From: Theionarchaea archaeon
GTDB taxonomy: Archaea; Methanobacteriota_B; Thermococci; Methanofastidiosales; SZ-28-30
Assembly: GCA_018992565.1 (NCBI GenBank)
Contig: JACVGW010000001.1
Location: 1 to 36,711 of the forward strand
Length of the DNA stretch: 36,711 bases
Direction: 5' to 3'
Positions 1-9,658 of this stretch are shown here, one piece after another (the first letter of the stretch is position 1; each line of letters begins with the position of its first letter). The position numbers and the translations under genes were made by a program. The notes below the pieces were generated by a model, which was not told the DNA's origin, did no database searches, and worked only from the letters and a program-made list of their open reading frames with translations.

Positions 1-476
1 TGCTTCGTCTTCCTCACTGCCAACACATCATACACGGAGAGAAGTAACAGGAAGATGATCACGGGATACACGGTCAATGATACACCAAGTAAGGCAGCAA
101 TGCCTATTGCCAGGATAACAACGCTAACCCTCTTGAACTGGGGAACAGTGTATCGCAGAATGGCTGCTATCGCTGCTATAGCCAATGATATGTAGAAATT
201 GATGAATACTGATAACATTATTGCAGTCAAGACAAATAATCCCACATACTCGGTGAAATAGTAGAGCAGAAAACTGAGCTTGAATTTTATTAGGACCAGG
301 ACCAGCAGGCTGCCAGCGATAACCATGGCGAACAAGAGAAGTGAGGTGGAGGGACGATTCCCTGATTCTATGAGCACAACATCTGCAACCCAGAACTTCC
401 TTGCCACTACAAGGGCCAATGCCTGGACAATAAGGTAGTTCACGGTCAAATAGGTTCTAAAGAGGTTCATGTACAT
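1..476 (-). CDS. Presenilin/signal-peptide-peptidase-like intramembrane aspartyl protease (archaeal PSH family); 5' part, runs off window start
   Basis: Not in the ORF track. Manual translation from ATG 476 (or 470): MYMNLFRTYLTVNYLIVQALALVVARKF...VYPVIIFLLLLSVYDVLAVRKTK. Multiple hydrophobic helices and the YD catalytic motif (LSVYDVLAV). Minus-strand TATA-like cttataaa at ~502-509. The GxGD motif would lie outside the window. Confidence 0.8.
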   Translation of the reverse strand, partial: MYMNLFRTYLTVNYLIVQALALVVARKFWVADVVLIESGNRPSTSLLLFAMVIAGSLLVLVLIKFKLSFLLYYFTEYVGLFVLTAIMLSVFINFYISLAIAAIAAILRYTVPQFKRVSVVILAIGIAALLGVSLTVYPVIIFLLLLSVYDVLAVRKTK

Positions 477-760
477 CACTGGATAAGGTATCTCTGGTTA
501 GTTTATAAGAGTTATGATGACTGAAGGCTTTCATCAGACCCGCAGGATATCTCCTTTTTTTGAACATAGTTGCCTCACCACACAAGAAGATTATACAACC
601 CTAATGCTCAAAGAGATGTGAAACTCGGTGGATAATTGGCCCGGAAGAAGTGAAGAGTCCTATCGTACCATGGGTTCATTGCTTTGAATGGAGGTACACT
701 CTGAATCCAGCAAAATCCTTAAGTCTCCCATGACAAAAGATACTCTTAGAAGGTGTTGAT

Positions 761-2767
761 ATGGAAACCTCAATTGATAAGAAAAATGCTCCATCCTGCA
801 GATTTATGGCACTGTGTGGAAGACGCTCAGACGTGCTTCTCTTTGTACTGACAGTGCTTGTCGTGCTCTTCTTTCTGGAAACCAGCCGAGAAATGCTTGG
901 CGCCACCTATAACATGAATTTGACCACGTTTTCAATCAATAGCTCTGTTTTGATGATCTTGCTGTTCTTTTCACCTGTGTTGTACTTTTTCAAGCCTAAG
1001 ACCTTGAGAATGCCCGTGCTGATGGCAGGTGCAGGAATACTCCTGGGCTTGACCCGGCTCTTGATTGCATTCAACCTTTCTATTGGGAGCTATCTCGTGT
1101 GTAATGCCGTTGCTGTAGGGAGTGCTGGAATCTTCTTTGCTGCTTTGATTTTCGAGAGCAGAACTCATCTCACATCGCTGGAGGTTGCCCTGGCAGCCGC
1201 TTCTGGAGTGGGCATTGACCTGCTTTCTCGCATCTTAGGGAATACATTTGCTGTCACAGTGTATGGTGTCACTGCTCATGGGACAGCATCCATGGTTCTT
1301 ACGGTAATTTTGGTTGCGCTATTCCTGCTGGCCCTGACGGGCTATTTCCGTACTGCAGGAGAGTCCCCCGTTAGAGAAGAACCTTCCCAGTTCGGAACGT
1401 CCTCTGGAATACTCCTGGGCCTTGGTGTGGGCGCACTGGCGTTTCTGATGGTTGGATTCATGCTGTATCCTAATACAGTCACACGATGGGCGGGCGGAGA
1501 CTACGCAGTGACTGCTGTACTGGAAGCTGCTGCCCTTGCTGCATTTTTAGCAGTATCTCTAACCCCATACCGGAGTTATCTTCACACCAATCATGCCCTC
1601 ACTCTGGGAGGTCTCCTGATTGGGATTGCCGCATTATCTATGGCTTATTCCAGCGTGCCCCTGGTTACTGCTGGGTTGGTGGCTCTCGGTGTATTCTTCC
1701 TTCCTGCCCAAGTAGAAGAGACTGTAAGACACCTTTCCCAGAAAAGTGCAACTCTCAGGCAGATCGCCCTCGTACTGGTAGTTGGAGCTCTTGTCTTCGT
1801 AATTCTACTCTTCCTGTCTGTATTCTCGCTTACCTGGGCATTTGTGGGATTGACCTTCCTCAGAGACCAGGGAGGGATGATCATACTCTGCGCAGGTGTG
1901 CTCTTCCTGGTAGTGACCACAATACTCAGATATGTCCACGTGAAATTCGAGCCTCTTGCAGCCCCTCGGAGACCCTTCCTTGTGGCGGCGGCGGCAGTTC
2001 TCGTCCTGGTGGGTGCTGTTGCGGGAGTGTCTGCCTATACAGTAACCCCTCTCTCATCTCAAAAAGACACCTTGACCGTGATGACTTACAATATACATCA
2101 AGGGTATAACATGGATGGCAGGATCAATCCGTGGCAGATACTGCAGCCAATCCAGAAAATATCCCCAGATATCCTCGTTCTACAGGAATCTGACATGAAC
2201 AGAATATCCGGCACCAATGTGGACATTGTGCAGTGGTTATCCTGTCAACTGGAAATGTATTGCTATTTTGGGCCCTCTACAAGGGATCAGATCTATGGGG
2301 TCTGCATTCTATCCAGGTTCCCGTTATCCAATACGATAACCTACTTCATGCCCAGCATTGAAGATCAGAGAGTATTGGTTCGAGCTGACATTCAATGGGG
2401 GACGAATCCCCTGTCCATCTACGCAGTCCACATGGGGCTCAGCGAAGAAGACCGGACAGCCCAAATTGCTTTCATATTGAACATACTAGATCAAAACAGT
2501 AATCCCGTGCTCTTGATAGGAGACACGAATTCTGTGCCTGACTCTCCGCAGATAATGAAGATGACATGTGGGCTGAAGGATGCCTGGGTAGCTGCAGGTA
2601 ATTTACCCTTGGATCCTGCAGGAAACAGCTTTGATTCCCTGGAGCTGTATGAGCGCATTGACTACATTCTGATCTCGCCACAGTTGACAGCTACAAGCTG
2701 CAACGTTATTCGCGGAGTCTATGGATCTGATCACGTACCAGTCTGGGCTGAGATTGCCTGGGAATAG
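761..2767 (+). CDS. Polytopic membrane protein with C-terminal endonuclease/exonuclease/phosphatase (EEP) domain (CWH43/PGAP2IP-like architecture)
   Basis: About 430 aa of transmembrane helices, then EEP motifs MTYNIHQG, DILVLQE, LIGDTN, RIDYI, GSDHVPV. SD-like aaggtg before the ATG. Confidence 0.8.
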   Translation: METSIDKKNAPSCRFMALCGRRSDVLLFVLTVLVVLFFLETSREMLGATYNMNLTTFSINSSVLMILLFFSPVLYFFKPKTLRMPVLMAGAGILLGLTRLLIAFNLSIGSYLVCNAVAVGSAGIFFAALIFESRTHLTSLEVALAAASGVGIDLLSRILGNTFAVTVYGVTAHGTASMVLTVILVALFLLALTGYFRTAGESPVREEPSQFGTSSGILLGLGVGALAFLMVGFMLYPNTVTRWAGGDYAVTAVLEAAALAAFLAVSLTPYRSYLHTNHALTLGGLLIGIAALSMAYSSVPLVTAGLVALGVFFLPAQVEETVRHLSQKSATLRQIALVLVVGALVFVILLFLSVFSLTWAFVGLTFLRDQGGMIILCAGVLFLVVTTILRYVHVKFEPLAAPRRPFLVAAAAVLVLVGAVAGVSAYTVTPLSSQKDTLTVMTYNIHQGYNMDGRINPWQILQPIQKISPDILVLQESDMNRISGTNVDIVQWLSCQLEMYCYFGPSTRDQIYGVCILSRFPLSNTITYFMPSIEDQRVLVRADIQWGTNPLSIYAVHMGLSEEDRTAQIAFILNILDQNSNPVLLIGDTNSVPDSPQIMKMTCGLKDAWVAAGNLPLDPAGNSFDSLELYERIDYILISPQLTATSCNVIRGVYGSDHVPVWAEIAWE

Positions 2768-2770
2768 TGG

Positions 2771-2815
2771 TTTTTTTTCTTTTTATTTATCTAAATCACT
2801 TTTTTATTTTCCTTT
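2771..2815 (+). terminator. Oligo-T archaeal terminator
   Basis: Long T runs begin a few nt after the stop codon at 2767. Confidence 0.55.
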
Positions 2816-2956
2816 TGCCAGCTCAGAGAGTCGATAAAGCCAGCCGCAAGACTTCAATGCTCCGAGTTCACTTTTGCCACACATGAATTTCTCAGGTACT
2901 CCCTCAACAGGAATGTCCGGAGAAAAGCATTATAACTCCTCATCAAAAGCTCATTC

Positions 2957-3748
2957 ATGGATACAGCTGCGCTCCAGGATCTTGCCACTGCAATCAGCAA
3001 AACCTCACGAATTGTCTCTCTAACAGGAGCTGGTATCTCTGTGGCTTCTGGCATTCCTGATTTCAGGTCGGAAGGAGGATTGTGGACCCGCTATGATCCT
3101 TCACTCTACGCATCCTACTCGAGGTTTGTTGAGGACCCTTCATACTTCTGGGAGATGCACATAGAGGTCATGCATCTCATTGACAAAGCAAGGCCCAACC
3201 CTGCACACAGAGCACTGGCCCATCTAGAAGAAGGAGGCCTCCTCAAGGGTGTAATTACCCAGAATATTGATGGACTGCACCAGGATGCAGGATGCAGCAC
3301 TGTGTACGAGCTGCACGGTACCAACAGGACGTGTTCCTGCATTGCATGTGGAAGGCAATATCCAACAAGAGAGATTGCTGCTCATATGTTCAGCTTCCAG
3401 AAAAAAGACCTCATCAGAAAGATGCGTAAGGGAGATGAAATTCCCACCTGTGAATGTGGTGGATGGATAAAACCAGATGTCATCCTCTTTGGCGAGAAAA
3501 TGCCGTACGAGACTGTTATAGCTGCAGAAGAACTTGCATCGTCCTGTGAGCTTCTCCTGGTAATAGGAACAAGTCTCAACGTTCAGCCCGCTGCATCCCT
3601 ACCTTTCACTACCAAGCACAGTGGGGGCTCAATAGCCATTATCAATAGAGAACCCACCATCCTGGACAGGATAGCCGACCACATGGTTCTGGGAATGGCA
3701 GAAGAAATCCTCCCTGACCTGGTGAAAAGAGTGGGCAGTACTATCTGA
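2957..3748 (+). CDS. cobB: Sir2-family NAD-dependent protein deacylase
   Basis: GAGISVASGIPDFRS, TQNIDGLH, ELHG, Zn-binding CIAC...CECG, KPDVILFGE, GTSL and NRE motifs. TATA ttataa at 2930-2935. Confidence 0.93.
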   Translation: MDTAALQDLATAISKTSRIVSLTGAGISVASGIPDFRSEGGLWTRYDPSLYASYSRFVEDPSYFWEMHIEVMHLIDKARPNPAHRALAHLEEGGLLKGVITQNIDGLHQDAGCSTVYELHGTNRTCSCIACGRQYPTREIAAHMFSFQKKDLIRKMRKGDEIPTCECGGWIKPDVILFGEKMPYETVIAAEELASSCELLLVIGTSLNVQPAASLPFTTKHSGGSIAIINREPTILDRIADHMVLGMAEEILPDLVKRVGSTI

Positions 3749-4559
3749 GTGCAGATCTCACCTTTTCTGGAGTCAGAATACCATACTCAGTGATAAACCC
3801 TCTGAAGTATTTGAGAGGAGTTCCATCAAAGTAGTAATTCTTCACTCGAATATTCTCATGTCCTTCAACGAGGACTTCATCAGGGTCTTTTTCTTCAATA
3901 GTGACATCTCGTCTGGTAAATTTGCTGGTAGAGCATGCAACATACGTGGGGAAACACTTTGCCAGCAACTTCGTACCGATCTTATTGATAACATAATGGG
4001 GAGTAACTGAATCTGCACCTACCAGGACAAAATCTGGGTTGAACAGGGAGGCAGCAGCATCCACTATGAAAATCACTTCTATGCCATTTGCAGCCAGCGA
4101 TTCTGCCAGTAATTTCCCTTCGTAGTTTGGTCTGCTCTCTGTGACAATTAGGTAGAATGGATTTTCCTTATAGGCATGGATTAAAATCTTTTCCACTGTA
4201 GAGCTTCTGCTGTGTGTGAGCACAGTGGCTCCCTTTCTGATGAGGGAGGTGCCGTACTGTACGATGATTTCCTCTGATTTTTTCAACAGCTGAACCCTTT
4301 CTTTGGTGGTGGTTCTCACACGTTCCAGTGCTTCTTCCAGAGTCTTCCCTTCTACTGCTGCATCCAGGACGTGGAAGAGCTCATTCTGAAGGGAAACCAT
4401 GCTCCGGTGAGCATCCGAAATCTTGGAGCACTGTTCTTCAATGAGGCGGAGGAACTGCTCTCTTGACAGAAAATCCTTCTCAGTAAATCGGTACAAATAG
4501 ACGAGGGCTTTTTCAGTCAACACCGCGGCTCCAGTTACGTTATCCTCTTCAATGCTCAT
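3741..4559 (-). CDS. eIF-2B alpha/beta/delta-like (aIF2B / ribose-bisphosphate isomerase superfamily) protein
   Basis: LTHSRSSTV, ESRPNYEG, VGADSV, NKIGT, NYYFDGTP and ITEYG motifs. Confidence 0.85.
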   Translation of the reverse strand: MSIEEDNVTGAAVLTEKALVYLYRFTEKDFLSREQFLRLIEEQCSKISDAHRSMVSLQNELFHVLDAAVEGKTLEEALERVRTTTKERVQLLKKSEEIIVQYGTSLIRKGATVLTHSRSSTVEKILIHAYKENPFYLIVTESRPNYEGKLLAESLAANGIEVIFIVDAAASLFNPDFVLVGADSVTPHYVINKIGTKLLAKCFPTYVACSTSKFTRRDVTIEEKDPDEVLVEGHENIRVKNYYFDGTPLKYFRGFITEYGILTPEKVRSALR

Positions 4560-4730
4560 GCATAGGGGTTCTTTTCATTGTATAAGAGTGTTTGGTTCAC
4601 GTGCACAGAAAGTGACGTTGACATGCTGTGGTCCGTCAATCAGTAAGTGGGGAGGGCCATTAACACTCCGAGAACGGGACCAGATTCCCAATAACAAAAC
4701 ACATATAAACCTGAACTGACATCGTAGTCT

Positions 4731-5180
4731 ATGGCAGATATTATCGTCAACAGGAAGAGCTTTAAACAGCTTCCCAAGATGACCAGGGACTTCATGAAGC
4801 GAGCTTCTTCAGAAATTGACATCATAACTCGTTCTTTCACCTGGGCAGATGATGAGACTCTGGAAACCATGTACGCTCTTATAAACAAAGGCGTTAAGAT
4901 TAACATTGTAGGCAAATATGGAGATGAATCGAGAGAAGTTATAAGACAGCTGATAAAATTAGGAGCTACAGTAAAGCTTCATGAATTCGCCGGCGAAACC
5001 CGTTTTATGATCATAGATGAGAAAGAGGTTGTTTTCGCTATCAGGGAACCTCTCACTCCAACAGAACGACATTATGTTGGTATTCTGATGAAAGATGAAT
5101 CCACGTCACGAACAGTGAAACAGTACGTGTTCGATGCAATATTCAAGGAGGCTGAAGAAGCGTCATATGTCGTCTCTTGA
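4731..5180 (+). CDS. Stand-alone TrmB-like effector/PLD-fold domain protein (no HTH); first gene of the bsh operon
   Basis: Pattern A..EIDI...GVKINIV...LGATVK...RFMIIDEKEVVF resembles the TrmB sugar-binding/PLD-like fold. TATA catataaa at 4702-4709. The 3' end overlaps the bshC start. Confidence 0.6.
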   Translation: MADIIVNRKSFKQLPKMTRDFMKRASSEIDIITRSFTWADDETLETMYALINKGVKINIVGKYGDESREVIRQLIKLGATVKLHEFAGETRFMIIDEKEVVFAIREPLTPTERHYVGILMKDESTSRTVKQYVFDAIFKEAEEASYVVS

Positions 5181-6687
5181 TCCCTCCCTCTATCTTTCAG
5201 GATTGCCTCTGGATTATCTCACGAACTTCTCCAGGGTTGCTTCCTATTTCTCGGCAGATTACCAGAGGATAGTACCAAAGAAGCATGCTGTGTCTGATGA
5301 AGTAATTTCTTCCATTGAGCGTTATAACCGGGAGATAGGAGCAAGTTCGCTGGTGCTTGAAAACGTTGCTCGGCTGCAGGAGAGGTCTCCAGTGGTAACT
5401 GGACAACAGCCTTGCCTGCTGACAGGACCACTGTTCGTCATATACAAGGCACTGACAGCTGTTCTCATGGCAGAGAAGTGCGGAACAGTTCCTGTATTCT
5501 GGAATGCTTCTGAAGATGATGATGCGGGAGAAGTGAACCACATCTGGGTTCACAACGGAGAGCTTGAGGAGGTTTCTGTGGCCCTGGAACCTCGACCCTT
5601 CTTCACTGCAACCATCAGCGTCCAGGAGAAAACGCACCTGATCACGATGCTCACAGAACTGACACCCCCCACCGAGTTCCGTCAGACCACTCTGAACATG
5701 ATCACTGCCTGCTCGAGGGATTTCTCCAAAATGTTTTCTCAACTCCTGTCCTCTTTATGCAGCGAATACGGACTGATCATGGTAGAACCGTATCTTTTCT
5801 GTGAGCAGACCGTTCCTCTCTACGAGGAATTGATAGCTCATCCTTTAAAGGCTGTAGCACTGGTACATAAAGCAGGCAGCAGCCTTGAAAAAATGGGATA
5901 TAAGAGACAGGTGCACAAGCAAGCAGACATGTGCAGCTTTTTCTTGCTCAGAAATGGGTACCGGCATTCAGTGACCTATGATGGGATGTTCCATGTGGGA
6001 AGTGAATCGCTCACCACTGGTGAAATGCTGGCTCACTTGCATGATCATCCGGACCAGGTCGTGTCATCAGTGATTTCCAGGCCACTTGTCCAGGATTTCC
6101 TCCTGTCAACAGGAGCATACTGCGCAGGACCGGGCGAAGTGTCGTATTTCGCCCAGATGAAAGGTGTATACGAATTCTTCAAGGTGGAAGAGCCTGCCAT
6201 CGTCCCACGACTCGGTGCAACTCTCATAGAACCCAAGGTGCAGAAAGTGTTGGATAAGTATGCTCTAGAGGTTCCCGAACTCAGAGAGCCAGAGAAAGTA
6301 GTAAAATCAATAGTGAAAGGGAATACTGGAGACTTCTTTGAAGCACAAAAGAGAGAGGTTCTTCAAATCATGAATGGAATCCAGGAATATATTACACATG
6401 TAGACAGCAGTCTGAAAAAGGCAGGCGCAGCAATGACCAATCACATTCTGCAGGATCTTGACAAATTGGAAGATAAGACAGCCTCTGCACTTAAGAGAAA
6501 GAACGAAGATGCACTGCAACAGGTAGTAAAAGCCTCTTCAAATTTATTTCCTCATAATACTCTCCAGGAGAGGATGCTCAACATATTTCAGTATTTGATC
6601 CGGTATAACACCGCTGTGGAGACAATATACGATTCATTTCGCGATGCCCTGCCAGGAGAGCATCTCATTCTCTACCTTGGTGATTGA
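5167..6687 (+). CDS. bshC: Bacillithiol biosynthesis cysteine-adding enzyme BshC
   Basis: VVTGQQPCLLTGPLFVIYKALT, PVFWNASEDDD, GPGEVSYFAQ, LFP..TLQER. The likely start is ATG 5167 (MSSLDP) rather than 5134. Confidence 0.9.
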   Translation: MSSLDPSLYLSGLPLDYLTNFSRVASYFSADYQRIVPKKHAVSDEVISSIERYNREIGASSLVLENVARLQERSPVVTGQQPCLLTGPLFVIYKALTAVLMAEKCGTVPVFWNASEDDDAGEVNHIWVHNGELEEVSVALEPRPFFTATISVQEKTHLITMLTELTPPTEFRQTTLNMITACSRDFSKMFSQLLSSLCSEYGLIMVEPYLFCEQTVPLYEELIAHPLKAVALVHKAGSSLEKMGYKRQVHKQADMCSFFLLRNGYRHSVTYDGMFHVGSESLTTGEMLAHLHDHPDQVVSSVISRPLVQDFLLSTGAYCAGPGEVSYFAQMKGVYEFFKVEEPAIVPRLGATLIEPKVQKVLDKYALEVPELREPEKVVKSIVKGNTGDFFEAQKREVLQIMNGIQEYITHVDSSLKKAGAAMTNHILQDLDKLEDKTASALKRKNEDALQQVVKASSNLFPHNTLQERMLNIFQYLIRYNTAVETIYDSFRDALPGEHLILYLGD

Positions 6688-7350
6688 ATGGACATTCTTG
6701 TTTTCTCACCGCACCCTGATGATGCAGAACTGGGAGCAGGCGGGTTCCTCCTGGAGATGCGAAAGAGGGGGTATAGTACAGGAATTGTGGATCTAACCGC
6801 TGGAGAACTGAGCAGTACTGCCACTGCTGAAACTCGCGCAGCAGAAGCGAAAAAAGCTTCTCACCTTCTGGGTTTGGAAGTGAGGGAGAACCTGAACTTT
6901 AAAGACGGTAGTCTTTCAGATTCATATGATTTCCGATTACAGGTAGCTGAAATTATCAGGAAGAATAAACCCCGGGTAGTGTTGACCCCTTTTTATGAAG
7001 ATCGTCATCCCGATCATGTGGCCTGCTCTCTCATAGTGAAGGCTTCAGTCCTCTACGCACGCCTCAGGAAAGTGGGAGAGCCTCACTATATCAAGTATTT
7101 GTATTACTACATGTTGAATACCCCCTTTGTTCCAACCTATATCGTGGACATCTCGGATTCCTTCGAAAAGAAAATGGAAGTCCTCTCCTGCTATCACTCT
7201 CAATTTGGGGCAGAGGTCCCCCTTCTCAGAGACTACATACCTCATGTGAGAGCAAAAGCTGAATATTATGGATCACTGATAAATGTGGCATATGGCGAAC
7301 CATTTAGAGCAGAAGGATTTTTAAAAGTAAGTGATCCTGTTAATCCATGA
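6688..7350 (+). CDS. bshB1: N-acetylglucosaminyl-malate deacetylase BshB1 (PIG-L family)
   Basis: PHPDDAELGAGG, DLTAGE, DRHPDH and SQF motifs. ATG directly follows the bshC stop. Confidence 0.9.
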   Translation: MDILVFSPHPDDAELGAGGFLLEMRKRGYSTGIVDLTAGELSSTATAETRAAEAKKASHLLGLEVRENLNFKDGSLSDSYDFRLQVAEIIRKNKPRVVLTPFYEDRHPDHVACSLIVKASVLYARLRKVGEPHYIKYLYYYMLNTPFVPTYIVDISDSFEKKMEVLSCYHSQFGAEVPLLRDYIPHVRAKAEYYGSLINVAYGEPFRAEGFLKVSDPVNP

Positions 7351-8429
7351 GAATTGGGATCACCTGTTACCCCACCTTTGGGGGGAGTGGAGTCTTGGCC
7401 TCAGAACTGGGCCGACAGCTTTCCAAGAAACATTCCGTGCACTTCATCTGCTATGCACAGCCTTTCCGCCTGGAAGGGACAGATATCCCTTTTCACAAAG
7501 TTGACGTTCTGGCATACCCTCTCTTCAAGTTCCCCCCGTACACACTGGCTCTGGCATCCAAGATGCTGGAGGTCGTTCAGGAGGAGGACCTGGACATTCT
7601 TCACGTTCATTATGCTGTTCCTCATTCAACATCTGCATACCTGGCCAAGAAGCTGCTCAAGGATTCTATCAAGGTGGTAACCACGCTGCATGGAACTGAT
7701 GTCCAGCTGGTAGGGCTAGATCCTTCATATTACAGTATAACGAAGTTTTCTATTGAGCAGGCGGATGGTGTCTCTGCAGTCTCAGAATCGCTGAAGAATT
7801 CCACCATGCAGAAATTCAACATTGAAAAGCATATGCGGGTCATATACAACTTTGTCGACCCTAACAGGTACTGGACAGAAGATCATGAAAAGAAGATAGT
7901 CACTCACATGTCCAATTTCAGGGAGGTTAAGAGGATTCCTGATGTCATTGATACCTTCTGCAAAATCTCTGCTCTGATACCGGCAGAATTGTATCTGGTG
8001 GGAGATGGTCCTGAAATACCTTTGGCTGAAGAAATGGTCAAAAAATGCAAAATACAGGACAGGACAACGTTTTTTGGAAATATACGCTCCATAGAGGAAA
8101 TACTTGCCAGGACAGATGTATTCCTTTTGCCCAGCGGACAGGAAAGCTTTGGGCTTGCAGCCCTGGAAGCTATGGCTTCTTCAGCAGCGGTCATAGCCAC
8201 CAATGTGGGAGGACTTCCTGAAGTCATTGATCACGAAGAAACAGGGTTCTTGTGCGCACTGGGAGACACGCAGACCATGGCAGAATACGCAGTGGAGCTG
8301 CTTCGTGATGAAAGCTATAGAAAGGAAATCGGCAGGAAAGCCAGGAAAAAGGTTGAAGAGCGGTTCACTCCTGGAGTTATTGTACCTCAGTATGAAGCGT
8401 TCTATGAATCAGTGCTAACCGAGTCATAG
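7347..8429 (+). CDS. bshA: N-acetyl-alpha-D-glucosaminyl L-malate synthase BshA (GT4)
   Basis: MRIGITCYPTFGGSGVLASELG, PPYTLALASKM, HVHYAVPH, TTLHGTD, SNFREVKR, ESFGLAALEAMA. ATGA overlap with bshB1. Confidence 0.95.
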   Translation: MRIGITCYPTFGGSGVLASELGRQLSKKHSVHFICYAQPFRLEGTDIPFHKVDVLAYPLFKFPPYTLALASKMLEVVQEEDLDILHVHYAVPHSTSAYLAKKLLKDSIKVVTTLHGTDVQLVGLDPSYYSITKFSIEQADGVSAVSESLKNSTMQKFNIEKHMRVIYNFVDPNRYWTEDHEKKIVTHMSNFREVKRIPDVIDTFCKISALIPAELYLVGDGPEIPLAEEMVKKCKIQDRTTFFGNIRSIEEILARTDVFLLPSGQESFGLAALEAMASSAAVIATNVGGLPEVIDHEETGFLCALGDTQTMAEYAVELLRDESYRKEIGRKARKKVEERFTPGVIVPQYEAFYESVLTES

Positions 8430-8522
8430 TATGCACTGCTGCGTGGATACTGAATAGAGAATCACGACGCCAGCACGAGGTAACAGCTTTACTGCAAGAA
8501 TAAGACAAAAAAAGGAAAAGGA

Positions 8523-9434
8523 TTATATTTCTACTTGCAGCCCCAGCTCATCCTGGAGCTCCTTGTATCTATTGCGGATGGTGACCTCAGTGACATTGGC
8601 CACATCTGAGACTTCCCGCTGTGTTTTTCTCTCGTCCTCCAAGATAGAAGCGATGTAGAGTGAAGCCGCCGCGATGCCTTTTGGACTCCTGCCAGAGAGA
8701 AGCTCTCTGTCAATTGCCTCCTTCAGGATTTCCGTGGCTTTCCTCTGAACTGCAGGGGATACACCCAGCTGAGAGGCAAACCGAGGCAGGTAATCCATGG
8801 GATTTGTGGGAGGGAGGTTAAAGCCCAATTCCCGCATAATATAGCGGTAATCCTTGGCAATCTCCTTTTTTTCCACTCTGGCATGCTCACTTATCTCATC
8901 CAGAGTCCGTGGCACCCTGCACTGACGACATGCAGCATAGAGGCAGGCAGATGCCATCCCTTCTATGGATCTCCCTCTGATCAAGTCTTCTTCCAGACAC
9001 CGCCTGTACAGCACTGCTGCTGCTTCCCGAATATTCTTGGGTAATTTCAGATGAGAGGACAGGCGCACGATCTCAGTCAAAGCAAAAGCTAGGTTGCGAG
9101 CAGCGGAAGAGGAAACCTTCATCCTGCTCTGCCATTTGCGCATCCTGTAAACCTGCGCCCTGCGCCTTGGAGAAAGATCTCTGCCATGAACATCCTTATT
9201 TCTCCAATCGATCTCTGTGGAAAGGCCCTTGTCATGGATCATATATGTCATGGGCGCACCAGTGCGCTCCCTTTCGTCTCTCTGTTCAGAGTCAAAAGCT
9301 CTCCACTCTGGACCCATATCGAGTATTCCTTCCTCGATCACCAACCCACAGTTGCTACACACTATCTCTGCCCTATCATAGTCCTGAACAAGGCCTTTGC
9401 TCTTGCATTCAGGACATATCTTGTCACGTAACAT
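8523..9434 (-). CDS. tfb: Transcription initiation factor IIB
   Basis: Zn ribbon CPEC...CSNCG, GPEWRAF B-reader, two cyclin repeats, [15 protein letters not shown] aggtga at 9439-9444 (minus strand). Confidence 0.97.
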   Translation of the reverse strand: MLRDKICPECKSKGLVQDYDRAEIVCSNCGLVIEEGILDMGPEWRAFDSEQRDERERTGAPMTYMIHDKGLSTEIDWRNKDVHGRDLSPRRRAQVYRMRKWQSRMKVSSSAARNLAFALTEIVRLSSHLKLPKNIREAAAVLYRRCLEEDLIRGRSIEGMASACLYAACRQCRVPRTLDEISEHARVEKKEIAKDYRYIMRELGFNLPPTNPMDYLPRFASQLGVSPAVQRKATEILKEAIDRELLSGRSPKGIAAASLYIASILEDERKTQREVSDVANVTEVTIRNRYKELQDELGLQVEI

Positions 9435-9549
9435 AACGTCACCTAATAATATGGGTTAATCTGATTGTCAATGTACCCTACTTATTAGAATTCAATGTGT
9501 CCCGGGAACCCATTCCACTTCTCATGTTCCATATCTTCTTATAGCAGAA

Positions 9550-9568
9550 CCTATATAAAGCTTTCGGT
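9550..9568 (-). promoter_or_regulatory. BRE-TATA promoter of tfb
   Basis: Minus strand reads ccgaaagctttatatagg, a purine-rich BRE followed by TTTATATA. Confidence 0.65.
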
Positions 9569-9658
9569 TGCCATAGCTATCAATGGAACAGAAATGGAGT
9601 GTATATCCCTTTTTATCTCACATCATTTCTTTTCTGGTACTCTTTAGGAAAAGACGCC

